Shown piece by piece: positions 1 to 13,827 of a stretch of DNA of 64,000 bases. The stretch's first letter is position 1. Every line of letters begins with the position of its first letter. Under the pieces are notes generated by a model that was given only the letters and a program-made list of their open reading frames with translations, did no database searches and was not told where the DNA came from. Both the position numbers and the translations under genes were made by a program. This stretch comes from Bugula neritina (taxonomy: Eukaryota; Animalia; Bryozoa): positions 2,698,741 through 2,762,740 of the forward strand of contig OZ037768.1 of assembly GCA_964035545.1 (NCBI GenBank), in the 5' to 3' direction.

Positions 1-1172
1 TACTATTAGTATTAGTATTACTATTAGTATTAAATTTAATATTAGTATTACCCTTACAGTTACTATTAGTATTAGAGTAGTATTACTATTAATAATTACT
101 AATTAGTATTGATCTATTATAAATATAATTATTATATTTATAATAAAATCATATTCATAATGATAACTTAAATATGCTATTAGTATTACTATTAGAGTAC
201 TACTATAAGTATAAGTGTAACCATAACTATTGCTATAGTATTAGCATTAGTACTACTCTATTAGTGTTTCAATTGGAACTTGCCCTCTAACTCCAAGCCC
301 TAAGGAGTAAGGACTAAATCTAATCCGGTAATCGCATTCAATTTCATTATTTCATTGATTAATGACTAATCACTAATGTCAGCAGACAATAAGACTAATG
401 TCTTATACTTATCTGTAGCGTAATCATAGTAATTATGATTATGATAAATTATAACTGATAGATTTAAATTATGCCTAATAATTTCAATAATACAGTTATA
501 GTATTACTATTAACTTGAAGTTAAAGTTTAATAGTATAACTAATACTTATAATACTAATAACTAATTGTAATATGTATAGTTACACTTACACCTTTAAGT
601 TTAATGTTTCATCACATCGGTAATCATTATCAGTAATACTAATAGTAATAGGTATAATTTATTAATAGTAATGATTAACTTTTAGTTTAAGCTATACTAA
701 CTTAAAAACTGAGAGTTAATGTTATATTCATATCTAGGCATAAATTACTGCTTGATCATCATTAATTTATTATGGTTTTGTAATTACTAATTGAACTATG
801 TGTATGTATGTATGTATGTGTATATATTTAGTATTTCTTCCAGTTAGTCATGTTTGTACTCAGTGGTTTTCGGTAGCTCCTGCATAAAAAAATACCAAAG
901 ATACTTGAATTTTCAATTTTAGCATTAGAATAATTTATTAATTTTGCTTGCAATTTGCAAATGCAAAATAAATATAACAATGTTATGTGCTAAAATTAGA
1001 TATACAATGTCACATATATGCAATCAGTTATATTTTCATACGAGCAACTTTTCTAGCTTCAACGTTTAAATTGGTTATTGATTGGTGCTGCAAAAACATT
1101 GATGCGTGTTTGTGTATTATTTCAGTTGGCTGGAAGTAACAAATCCGTAACTATTCATAAATTATTAGTAAG

Positions 1173-4100
1173 ATGCCTTCTTCACATGACGGCAGCAGGA
1201 AATCTAAGCTACTCACACAGTTTTGGACATACTCAAAGTTTGTGAGCGTGCTATGTGTAGCCTGGTGTCTAGGCTACTATGGACTCAGTGTGGCTTGGGT
1301 TGGGGTCGTCTCCATTTTCATCTACATCTGGATGTTTGAGAATTATCAATTTAATCTGTCATTTAGAAACCCTCAACAGTTTGTTCAGGTGAGATATGTC
1401 TAGGTGAGCTATGTCCAGGTGAGATATACGCAGGCGGGATATGTGTAAGTGAGTTATACAGCTAAATCTGTATTATAAAGCAAGTTTTTAAATTACCTTA
1501 TATCTGTTTTTATTGTGAGGGAAAGTACTTTAATTTTATTATGAATAATTTCCTGTTTTAATATTTTTGCTCTGTTCTATAAAAACGGACGTCGAGATGC
1601 ATTTTGGAATCTCTTGCTCTAGGATGTTTCTAGTATCAACTTTATTATGGTTTAGCTTTCAGCAACTTATGTATTTTGTTTTATTCTGTTATATTAATTT
1701 AATTTCATGTTTATTTTAGGCACTTCAGTCTCCTGACCCTAAGCAATCTGTCTGGTTAACAAAGGTACGTCAAATTTATTTACTCTTTGTTTTAAAAATA
1801 TTATAGTAAGTCTTCTTCAACTTTTGCAAAGTTAGTATAAATAAGTCAAGTGAAATGTTTAGTGTACATTTATATATCGTAAAAAGGTTAGATAGACATA
1901 TACAGCTTTTAAGGTGTTGTGCTTGTTGCAGTTAGAGTTTCATGTCTAATAATGTTGGTAGATATTTATGAAACTGTGGCCTTACGCTAAGGAGAAAATT
2001 GATGTGTTTATGAGGAGTCATCTGCAGAATAGTATTCGGAGAAACTTACCTTTAACCCTAAAGAGCTTTACTTTTACAGACATTAATCTTGGGGTTCAAG
2101 TAAGAGAAACTACTTATAATGTATAAGCTCTAAAGTTTCTAAGTATAATGTAAGTAGCATGTGTGTTAAGTAACACAAATATAGGGTAAGTACCATGTAT
2201 AAAATGGTAAGTAGTAGTAATAGTAAGTAGTAAGTGCATGTATAAAGTAAGTAACACATGTATAGAGTAAGTAACATTAGTATAGGGCAAGTAAGTTAGT
2301 ATAGAGTGAATCATGTAAGTATAATTTAAATAGTGTAAATGCAGTTTCTAGTGTAGGTATAGTTCAAGTATATAGTGTAAGTATTATGTAACTATACTCT
2401 ATAGTACGTAAATGTATAGTATGTGAGTATAGAGTATATAAGTATAAGACATGTATACAGTTAGGGATGTATAGTGTATGTCACATCATTTCAAAGTGGG
2501 GTTAGAGACATCAATGAGTACATGACCGATTGATGTCTAGATGTAATACCAGTATGCTGTATCTAATGTGTAGCAACAGACATCAAGTGTGAGGAATGAA
2601 TTTTCTTACACAACATCCTGCACAGTTCATGTAACCCAAACCTTCTCTACAGCTCTATAGGCTATCAACATCATCACTTTGCTCCATGACTGAGTAGCCA
2701 TATTGATTTCCCGTATGCCCCATGGATATTGTCATGTGTCTGTAATACTAAGTGCATACACTCCCTAATTAATTATTTATCGCTACTTATACCAGTTTTA
2801 TTCCTATTTATACGTATTAATTAAACAATCGTTCATTAGACTTCTGTGTAGGAACTTGACTATATGTCACACACCTTCATGTCACATGTCACACACCTGC
2901 ATGTCACATGTCACACACCTTCTTGTCACACACATGCATGTCACATGACACACACCTGCATGTCACATGCCACACACCTGCATGTCACATGTCTATTTGT
3001 CACACACCTTCATGTCACATGTCACACACCTTCATGTCACATGTCACACACCCGCATGTGACATATGGACAAGTCCCAGCATGTGCTACAAATATACACA
3101 ATAAATTACATATGTCTTTCTAAACTGTTCTGTGGTAAACAGATAGCCTACACTCCAGACTGGCTGCTGAGTACATAGGGTGGGGATCCACATGCATAGT
3201 ATTGATACTTCAGCACTGCGGCTAAATTATATAAAGTATAATGGAGTTTTGTATGTTTTTTACCCAAACAATCCACAAAACTATATATTTACTGATGAGT
3301 TATTTCAACATAATATTATGGGCAGTTATATTTAGTTCAAAGTTCAAACTCTGCTTCACTAAAACTAATTTAAACGAATTAAGAGATGTTTACAGCAGTT
3401 GTATTTCATATCCATATCAGTCTACATGTAATATTATGGATTATTTTACTTGAATGATGTATGTATCAGAGACAAGGTGCACCAACAAGTAATATTTATA
3501 GCTTGTCTCCTTTTTATGGCAGTATGTATTGAGATTAGAAAAAATCATAAAAATTTTTTTAGGTAACAGAACTATTTATAGGAAGTTTTTAGATTGGAAG
3601 CTTGTAACTTGTGTACAATATTGAATACCTCTGTAGACTTTTCTTTGAGAAAGACATGGCAGGGTTGATCAGGTAGTAATTTAACTGACTCATGAGTCAT
3701 AGGTTAAACTGTGATGTATTAAAACTAGTCAAGCTGTTGGAAACACACTGGACTTATATAGTAATGATGGACTAATGTAGCATATCATAACTGGTTTACT
3801 TTACTTTGTCTTGCGTCAGGTTCCACAGGTCTTGGCTGTTGATGTGAAAGAAGGGGAAGAAGATTATATTATCCTGGACTTGGAAATTCTGTTAGTATTT
3901 GCATTGAATGTTCCTCTTAGCACTATAAGGTGTTGCAGGTCGCAGCTAATATTGTTTTAACTTGTGAATCTTTTAGGTTCTTTGTCTTTTGAGTATTAAA
4001 TATTTTGAAATAACAAAACCTTCTGTAAACACCTCATTTTTCTTGATAAAACATTGATTTTGCCATGTGTTTTTTGTATTGATTAAGTAGGAATTGAAAA

Positions 4101-7100
4101 TATCGTATAACTAGCTTTGCCATATTTCTTGTGGAGTTGTCTTTTCTATTGAAAACTTTCCGCTGTAGATGTGACAGTGATGCTGAAATTGGGTTGACTA
4201 TAGGTAAACTGGAAAGCACTATAAAAGACATACAGGTAACTTGAAACCTAATATTATAAGTTGCAAAATAGCAGCTCTAATTTATCAGTACAGTTTGTTT
4301 ACGTACCTGATCATAATAAATTGTAAAGTACTGATAAAGACTTTTACAGAGCTTAAAAACTATAACGCTTATTTTAGTCAATTCTATTACTAAGATAAGT
4401 GCAAGTTGTATCATATGCAACATGTGAGTATCTACTATGCTTCTCTATAGATAAACCACATATTGTCTACACACTGTACCTGTGCTTCAGGTTCATATAT
4501 TGTCTACACAACTATACTACAGGTCCACGGTACACTTAGAGTTGTCCTCACTGACCTCAACTCCTCCTGGCCATTCTTTGGGAAGATGAATCTAAGTTTT
4601 GTGTCAAGTCCTTCACTCGCATTCCGATTGGCTAAAGCTGCCAGCATATTTAATGTCGCTGGCTTCAGGTAAGTGTCTTCCTGTTGCCTGGTGTTATTAG
4701 GAGGTGTGAGAGACTTACTATATCTACTCATTACGAGTACTGTGCATGTGAAAAGTAACTCTATTCAGTCTATTTGTATGTTTCAGTGATGTAATGCTCC
4801 ATACAATGTGTTATTTTGTACATCTTCCATGGATATAATACTATATGAAATGTATTATCTTGCATGTTTCAGGTACATAATACGCTATACACTATTATCT
4901 TACATGTTTCAGGTACATAATACGCTATACGCTATTATCTTACATATTGCAGGGATATAATACATGAAAGTATATCAGACCAACTGTCCAAACTACTAGT
5001 CTTACCTCATTTCCTTACCATTCCCATAAACAATGAGTATAGGGCGTCTACAGCCTACCCCCTACCTCAGGTAAACAACAGTAAAGGGCTATTCTGTAGG
5101 TATCAATGTATAAACTATTAAGTAATTTTTAACTATGGAGATAAATAGATGGTAGTTTGAAATAAATCGAAACATATATTAAGTTATTAGTGATTAGTAA
5201 TATTTTGAGATAAATTTTTAAATGGAAGGGTAAATGCTTGAATATAAATAGAATTATAATGTAATGTTTTTTTTGCCGATTTTATATCTTTTTCGCTAAA
5301 ATGTAATTAATATGATGTTTATACAAGATGCATTTAATTTATTTACTTTTTAAATTTGAAATAAAAATTTCTGCAACCTTTCACGTGCCCATAATAATAT
5401 AGTTCAAATTTTCACTTCCTTGTTTGTGATTTGAGATAAATTGAATGTTAGTAGAAGCTGGTTGTTGTGATATATAGACATTGCATTAAGCTAAATGTAC
5501 CACCATCACACTCTGGTTACAGGGTGTACTACGCATGCATATAAACAGAGCTAAAGACTTGCCCAGGAATGACCAGACCGACTCTATAGACCCTTACTGT
5601 GTGGTGCAGGTGGGAGCCACCAGGTGCCAGACTGGAGTCATACAGAAGACTGACAACCCCATGTGGAACGAGTCTTTTGAGGTAGTAGAACAGTGTCAAT
5701 CTGCAGCTAGTTGCCAATCCTTTGCTTAGTGTTGATATGCGGTAAATTTTATTTTTTTGGCGATTGTTGTTCACTTGTGGGGTAGTGATTACTTTAGATA
5801 CCAATAACCCTGTTTCTCATTGGATGAGAGCTAGTGCTGTTGTAGCTTATTGGATGAGACTGGGTTATTAGATGAGGTTCAGTAAAGCTGTAATACAGCT
5901 TATTATTTCTAGCAAGTAGCTCTGGCCAATCTTGTAATAAAATGTCACACATAGAGAACTGTATATGATAGTAAGATATGATAGTAAGATATATTATTAT
6001 ACTTGTTGTATTTACTCTGTAAGACTCTTGGCTAACATCTCAAGTCTACAGTTTGTAGTGAATGACAGTCAGGGCCAGTATGTAGAGGTGCAATGCATAG
6101 ATGCAGCTGACAACACAGATATTGGCAGTCTGGGAAGGTAAGAAAATACCAGTTCTAGTCAATAGATAGGATGACTCCTAATACTAGTGTAAACTTTTAT
6201 CATATGAGTGTGGACAACTCTAATACTAGTATAGATAACTCTAATACTAGTATAGATAACTCTAATACTAGTATAGATAACTCTATTACTAGTATAGATA
6301 ACTCTAATACTAGTATAGAAAACTTTATCAGTGATGTAGGAAATGCACAGTGCAGTTTCATGCTGATTTTAGCTGCTATGTAAGTATAGCTACTCTGATA
6401 GAATCGAGTGGGAAAAACATGTGGCTGACGATGGATAAGCAGACAGGCGGCAGCGTCAGCATAACTCCCACATGGTTGGAGCTGGCTGAAAACATGTCTC
6501 TGCTGCCAGAAATGGTAAAGAAACGTTTATTTCCCTTCTTCGGTTAAATTTAGTTTATTATCAAAATAAATATTGACGAGAATTTGATAATATAGCTTGT
6601 TTTATTTTTCAAGTATAACAGCAATATTATAGATGTTTTAGCATTGTTGGTGCGATGATTAAATTAATGGCACTGTAGGGTTTTGAATTATTCTCTTAGA
6701 TAAAAACACTGTAAACTTGGTTTAAACATGTGACCCTAAATGAGAACCTTAAAAGAATATTTGGTATTTTTCAGGAAATGATCGGTACCCAGTGGAAGTC
6801 TGTAGCCTTTGTTAATGTTGGTGTCGAGTCAGCGAGCTCACTTCCTGTTAGTATTTATTGGCATCATTTAAATGCTGACTATGTTTTTATTACTCAGCAT
6901 GCACGCGTTTAGTATTATATTTCCATCAGGTCTTGCTTTCTTGTGTACAAGTGTGATTTTTATTTGTTATTTTTTCTCATGCTGTGCTGAAGACTAATAC
7001 CATTCTTTCTCAGTTTCATTTGCAGTGTTTGATAGAGAATTAGTGTTTCAACAAGTTTATTTAGCATGTTTTTCTAACTGTTACGTTTGCTTGACAGTAT

Positions 7101-8782
7101 AGGTTGCATTATTTTAGGATATACCAACATTGAAACGTCAGGTGAGCCCGCATTGCTTCCTTTTCTCTGCTTAACAAACTCTTGGCCAAACATCTTCTCA
7201 TTTTATAGCAGCCCGAGGTAGCACTGTGACCTCATGCTGTCAATGCTGCCAATTTAAGGCTTCAATAATATTAAACACATCAAGAGTTATAAATGAAATG
7301 TTATATTCTCTGGTCAGCAGGCTCTGTAGCTTTCACACTAAAACATGCCATTAAGTTTTACCATTTGTTTCCTGTTTATTAAATAGTTTCATGTTTGTTT
7401 TAACAGAACAGAATAATTAAACAGTTTGACTTGTTTACATCTAGAATATTTTGCTTAAAGAAGTCCCTGTTGCCTGGAAAATTATGGATTAATACTAAAA
7501 AATCATAAAAAATAAAAACGTATTTTTTGTATGAATTCTTTATCCTGTTCATTTGTTTCTCCGATTAGCTTTGGTATTGTTTTTTGGTGGGTAACTTCTG
7601 AAAAAAATTGTTGCCGAACTATTTTATTAGTCTATTAGATGTGACTTTGAATTTCAAAGTTCAGTTTTTGTCATGTGACAGGAAACAATAATGACTGTAT
7701 ATGTGACCTGTAGTATAATAAATGCATGGGAATATGGCTGGTTACTAAAAATAGTGCATGTTGTTTTTTATTGGTCCACAATACGGGCAATTTTGTCAAA
7801 AGTATGCCTTTTAAAGTTATTGGAAGTTGTCATCTTTCCAAGTACTAACACAAAATCTAGTTCACTCAACTTATTTGGTGGGAAAATAATGTAGGACTGC
7901 ATGACAAACAGTAATTAGTGGCTAATGATATGCTAATCTGTTTTTAAGAAGGGTTTGTTTTGCAAATTTTTAGTATATCATGTAATTGTTTTAAAGTGGT
8001 TTTAAATCACTTATTTACATGATCTTTTTAAATAACACAGAATGGGGTTTCATTGACTATGTGTTTTACAAAGCTAAAAGGATTGACTTTTTTGTGGCTT
8101 CTTATGATCTTGGCCCTAAATGACAAGACAACTCCAAGTAAAACTAAAAAATGAAAGTGAAAGCTGTCCTTTAGATGATAGCTAAACATGGCTTATTACT
8201 TTTATTTTTATTCAATTGAAGCCATGTCAATAGTGCTTATCATCAGTAAACTGTGGTGAAGTCAATATTATATAGTTTATTGTGGTTGAATCTTTATAGT
8301 ATGTTGAGATAACGTACTGTGCCCCTACTTTGCATGCCAGCCATTGCTTTTAAACCAAATCTTACTACAAAGTATTTTATTTTTCCAAGATAAACAACTG
8401 GCTGTGAAAATAGCATTTATCTCATTATACACCATATGAAGGGATAGCTGGTTGCTTTTGCGATAATTTGTTTTTCTCTACACTATAGTTACAGCTCACT
8501 TTACTATAGTAACTATAAACTTTGATCAGTGATTTCAAATTGAAAAGATTAGCTTACTAACCTGAAATATGACCCCATTTATAACTACCCCTACAATGTA
8601 TTTAGTAACTACTATCAGTACTTAACAGCTACAAGTACTATAAGCATCATTACTACTAGCATTACTTGTGTTGCCATTGCAATCACTATAACCTTGGCTA
8701 AAGCAAACACTATTATAGCTACTACTAATACCTTTACTATACTATTACCACTACTACTACTACCACTACTACTTATACTACA

Positions 8783-8834
<52 letters not shown>

Positions 8835-11800
8835 TTACTACTACTCCTACTAATACTACTACTAGTACTACTACTACTACTACTCCTACTAGTACTACTA
8901 CTCTACTACTAGTACTACTACTGCTACTACTACTACTGCTACTACTACTACTGCTACTACTACTACTGCTACTGCTACTACTACTGCCACTACCACTATC
9001 ACTAATACTACTAATAATAATACTAATACCAATCCATAGACTAGCTTTCACTGCTTTTTGCTGACAGAGGTCCCTGCGAAGTCTCAGCAAGCCTTCCTCT
9101 TACGTCAGACTGACTCTTGACAAGCAGGAAAAATGCACAAGAGTAGTACAAGCTACAGAAACACCTGAATGGGGAGAAAACTTCTATATTTTAGCTTCTG
9201 ATCCTAGGAAACAAGAGCTACTTTGTGAGGTGAGCACATGGCTATGTCAGGTTCTAAACTGATTCATTTATACACAAGTTTATATGTTTTGCAGTCAAAA
9301 GGTGTTGGCACTTGCCATTCAGCTACACTATTGAAACTGTTTGTGAATTCTTTTCCACAAGGAGTTCAGTTTGAAAGTATCTCTTGTCATGTTCTGTCAT
9401 ATTTCTACAGTTTGTGTACCCCAGTGCAGTGCTAGCTTGAGCCGACTTCTCTAATACACCACTGGTATTCAAGTGTATAATTATATGTGTCCATATTTGA
9501 ATGTTGCGTCATAAAATCAAATTTTTAATTATATATCTTTGGTAGGTTATTGATCATGTGACAGACTCAGTGCTTGGCTCAACCTCTGTACCACTGAGGG
9601 ATTTAACAGGACAACCAAATATCGAAGCAAAGTCGTTTTCACTCACAACTAAGCTCTCAGCTGGTGCACAGGCTACCCTGACCCTCTCCTTAGCACTAAG
9701 GGTAAGATTTTACTGTGTTACATGCTTTGTTCACCTTTCACCTCATGGTTTTTGTGCTGCTTTTAACTATGCCAACTCACTGAAATCTTAGATGAACTTT
9801 AACATTTGCTTTCTTGTTGATTTTATTCTTTGTTTCAGAAGCACTGCAAGAGTTCAAACCCCAGAGCTAATCTTTTTTTGTTTTATAATAATGCATAATA
9901 AAATAATACATTAGTAATATACTAAGTTGTCTTGACAACTATCAATACATTAATGGGTCCTATCATTGCCTCCTTTTGGGTAATTCCTCTCCATATTATC
10001 TACTTTATCATTAAATAAAACAAAACCAGCAAACTGGTTGCAAACTCAACTTTGAAATACACTTGAATGGACTCGTTACTTTCAGGCTCTGGTGAGCAAT
10101 GACTATCTGCCAGAATCGCCCACAAAGTCAGCAGAGGGGACGGAGACTCCAGCGCTGTCAATCCCTTCTCAGTCACTTTCCTCATCTACAGCTCTCCTCT
10201 CCTCCCTGAGCACATCTCAGTTGCAGTCGGAGATCCCGCTGTCTAACGCTTCTACGCCCGCTAGGTCCAGGAAGACCGAGCCCCTGCTGCCGAAGGCAGA
10301 CAATGACACGGACTCCTGCGGAGGTCACTCGGATATCCTTGATTTTGACAACTGGAGTGAGACAGCAAGTAATAGCTGTAAGTTGCAGCAGATGACTCAT
10401 AACTAGTGGCATTTATGTATTGTTTTTGTAACATACAGATTTGGCTAGCTGGAAAACTGTTAGTTGAAAAAAGCTTTCTTAAAAGCTGTCTGCCACCTTT
10501 GTTACACGATTTAGAAGGCGCCTGATTGGCTAATTTTATCTGTAATGTTTTTAAGAATCTCTTCTACAATTTAGGAAAAGAAATAAAAAAATATGTAGAA
10601 ATCTTACATAATGTACTCAAGTGGCAGTTTTTCCATCATGTGAAATTTATTTGTCTGGCAAATTTATCTTTTGCCAGGCAAACTCAATCAATCTTCAGCC
10701 ATCTGGTGATAAATAATACAAATGCTGGATGTTAGAAGACATCTATCAAGTCACAATATCCTATTTGCCTACTTGTAGTTATTGTTCAAATGTCATTGCT
10801 TATGCCATTTCTCAAGTGCAAATTACATTTTTCATTGTAAATCAATTGTTTAGCTATCTTAATCTGTGGCCTCGAAACTCAGAATTATCTGTGGCTGTGG
10901 CCTCGAAACTAAGTAATGGTGACATAACACATGCATGCAGATTGACTGCTTGCAACCATCCACTTGCATTTTGGCTAAATATATATATATGGGATGATTA
11001 TGTGAAGCAAAGACCAGAAAAATTAAACCTATTTAATATATTTAAAAACTGTAAAATTGTAAACCTTCAATTCTCTCTAAAGACAGCCACTGATCTGTTG
11101 TTAGAGCACTTGTTATACTATGTCTAGTTCATAATATGACATGTTGTTTCAGTGATGACAGGTGGCGCTACATACATAGTCATCAGTCGGCCTGATGGTT
11201 CCACAGTCTCTGAGATAATTCAGAATGCTGACGAGACGCTGACCAGTGGCAAGGAGTGAGTGCGCCACAACAATGTTACTACTACATTTACTGTGTACCG
11301 CAACAATGTTACTACTAGACTTTCTGTGTACTGTCACAATGCTACTACTAGACTTGCTGTGTACGGCAATAATGTTCCTATGTACTAGACTTGTTGTGTA
11401 CTGTCACAATGCTACTACTATACTTGCTGTGTACCGCAACAATGCTACTGCTATACTTGCTGTGTACCGCAACAATGCTACTGCTATACTTGCTGTGTAC
11501 CGCAACGATGTTGCTACTAGACTTGTTGTGTACTCTAACAATATTTACACGAAATAATGTCAAACTGGGTAAAAGAAAGTTAAGGTTTCGAAAATTTTAA
11601 ACCTAGATGGCTTTAGTTAGTAGCTCACTAATGGAGGGTAAATTGGTAGCTTCATTTGTTTGTTTGAAACAGTATATATGTATTTTATGTTGAAACTGAT
11701 ATAAGAATTTAGTCAGTATTTCAACCTCTACTATGACCTTCTCTAAAGTACAACAACATGTTTAGTACGTGATCAACATGTCGATTTAGCTTTGGAGATC

Positions 11801-13192
11801 TCAATTGTTTTTAATGTTAGAGAGCTTTGCTCATTAATTTAGCTTAAAGTGTCGCGCATAGCGTTTACTATGTATAATTTTACTATAGTAGGTTAGTTAA
11901 CCAATTCCCACTTTAAAATTAGTTGATATTTGATCTAGCGTTGCTATAATGTGATTTAACGGCTGTAACTATATATGTATTAGCATCACACGCTTATTCA
12001 AATACAATCTTTTTTTTTATTTTTTGCAGGAATATAAGTTTTGATCGAACTCGGTTCGGTAAAATACAGATTACCCTTCGGTATTCTTCTACTCAACAGA
12101 GACTAATGATAGTAATACATCAGTGTTGGTGAGTAATACATCAGTGTTGGTGAGTAATACATCAGTGTTAGTGAGTAATACACCAGTGTTGGTGAGTAAT
12201 ACACTAGTGTTGGTGAGTAATACATCAGTGTTGGTGAGTAATACACTAGTGTTAGTGAGTAATACATCAGTGTTGGTGAGTAATACACCAGTGTTGGTGA
12301 GTTATAGGATCAGCATAAGATCTGCATTATGTAACATAGCCATATGTTTCTTTATATGTTTTGTTGCAGTAATTTAATTCCGGCAAGGGCGGACAAAGAT
12401 ACCCCTCCTGATCCATTTGTGGTGCTCACTCTATATAATGGAAGAAATAAGGTGGACAGGAAGAAGACTAAGCACCAAAAGTCTACACTCAACCCAGTAT
12501 TTGATGAAACGTCAGTAAAACTTCTTTAGCTTCTCTTGTATACTTTATGTTGGCCACTTTCCAGAAACTATTCAACATGCAAATAATTAAAGGGACTTTT
12601 AGCAATATTTGTTTGCTTTTATTTCTCCTTTATAAACAACTCTCTAGAATAAACTGAGTTTGACCTTTCAAGGTTGATATCAAATAACTCTAATTTCGTT
12701 TCAACCCTACCTTTGACTGTATTTATGTGATTTTCTGAAAAGCATTGACTAAACGTCACTCATTCTCCGTTTTGCAGAGTGTTTTGGATACATAGCCATG
12801 CTTTGAACTTCTTTATATTTCAATAATATGTTTATTCTATATGTTTTTTGCTTAAAGACTGGTTTTTGAAGTTTACATCACTGGAGTCTTCTAAAGACAT
12901 CTATTAGTATTGAATATCAAACTCTTTTTAGTTCATGAACTTTGAACTTTTATTAATAGCTAACTTTACTACATGTTGATGTGGTTTGCCAAAGTTATTG
13001 TTATGTTTAGAGCTCTTAGAATTCACACAATTTACCTGCATTTGTAGGTTTGAGTTTAAACTTCCAAAACCCAACTTAGAGAATGCAATGGTAGAATTGA
13101 GTATTAAAAATAAGAAGAGGTTGTTTCAAAAGGGGAAAGCTAGCATAGGATCAGTGAGTGACTACTACTACTATGGCTACTACTACTGCTAG

Positions 13193-13226
<34 letters not shown>

Positions 13227-13297
13227 ACTACTACTACTACTACTGCTGCTGCTACTACTACTATTATTACTACTACTACTAGTACTACTACTGCTAG

Positions 13298-13331
<34 letters not shown>

Positions 13332-13827
13332 ACTGCTACTACTACTACTTTGACTAAAACGGTTAGCTATCTACTACTCTATCAAATGGCATTGTACATT
13401 TTCACTCATAATTTTATTAATTTGAGTGAATAGATTTTGCTTGTCATAAAAGAGAAATTGTTATTGCTGGTTATAACAATATGTGCTGCCGTTGACTTTT
13501 AGCAGCATATATACTTTATTTTCTAAATTCAGAAATACCTGTAAAGTGCTGTCTTACTAAGTTTTTTTAAACCTTAATGTCAAAGTTGGTAACTGCCTCA
13601 AAGTTGGTGTCAGCTATAAAATGTTAATAATGTAACAGTGTTAATAACTCACTGGAGATTCCAGGTTTAATTTAAATGAGTTTTGTATTCAGGTGCTTCT
13701 GAGAGTTCAGGCATTGGACTTGAGTGAGGCCAGGACAGACTGGTATTTAATCAAGAACATCAAAGAATCAAATGAGTCCCTCAATGAGACGTTCACCTCC
13801 GTGGTGTCACAGCAGTCCAACAGCTGA
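1173..13827 (+). CDS. ESYT: Extended synaptotagmin-like protein (N-terminal membrane hairpin, SMP domain, C2A-C2B-linker-C2C), multi-exon
   Basis: In-frame GT-AG exons approx. 1173-1388, 1720-1764, 1962-2099, 3820-3890, 4169-4234, 4523-4668, 4953-5069, 5523-5681, 6051-6137, 6373-6513, 6775-6846, (7118-7141), 9068-9228, 9546-9701, 10086-10368, 11153-11255, 12030-12128, 12370-12510, 13049-13134, 13693-13827. Motifs: hydrophobic WCLGYYGLSVAWV; SMP-like PDPKQSVWLTKIFMKLWPY, SFTFTDINLG, QVHGTLRVVL, LVLPH; C2A RAKDLPRNDQTDSIDPY...DNPMWNESFEF; C2B ETPEWGENFY; C2C PDPFVVLTL...KKTKHQKSTLNPVFDETFEF. Confidence 0.88.
1383..1457 (+). repeat. 15-bp tandem repeat containing the ESYT first coding-exon splice donor
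   Basis: Donor-like GTGAG at 1389, 1404, 1419 and 1449, with GCGGG at 1434. Confidence 0.8.
2864..3062. repeat. ~22-bp minisatellite (ATGTCACATGTCACACACCTTC)
   Basis: About 9 visible degenerate copies in mid-intron; source of two spurious ORFs. Confidence 0.9.
4768..4963 (+). repeat. ~40-bp tandem repeat containing a splice acceptor
   Basis: TATTATCTT(G/A)CATGTTTCAG-GTACATAATAC units; the last copy supplies the real acceptor at 4952. Confidence 0.8.
6175..6330. repeat. 21-bp minisatellite (ATAGATAACTCTAATACTAGT)
   Basis: About 5 copies filling most of a short intron. Confidence 0.9.
8720..9030. repeat. (CTA)n microsatellite
   Basis: Direct observation; ends about 40 bp before the acceptor at 9067. 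Confidence 0.95.
11262..11542. repeat. 33-bp minisatellite starting just after a donor
   Basis: CTGTGTACCGCAACAATGCTACTGCTATACTTG-like units, about 8 copies. Confidence 0.9.
12111..12302 (+). repeat. 21-bp tandem repeat of exon end plus donor (GTAATACATCAGTGTTG|GTGA) x9
   Basis: GTGAGT recurs every 21 bp from 12129 to 12297. Confidence 0.95.
13141..13350. repeat. (CTA/CTG)n compound microsatellite directly after a donor
   Basis: Direct observation. Confidence 0.95.

Noticed and set aside
8694-9090. Poly-Leu/Ser/Val ORFs (also 13158-13433 and 34401-34786)
   Set aside because: Translations of (CTA)n microsatellites in introns; not genes.
10526-11127. 69-aa and 132-aa ORFs in an ESYT intron
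   Set aside because: No recognisable motifs, non-ATG or weak starts and intron-like composition.
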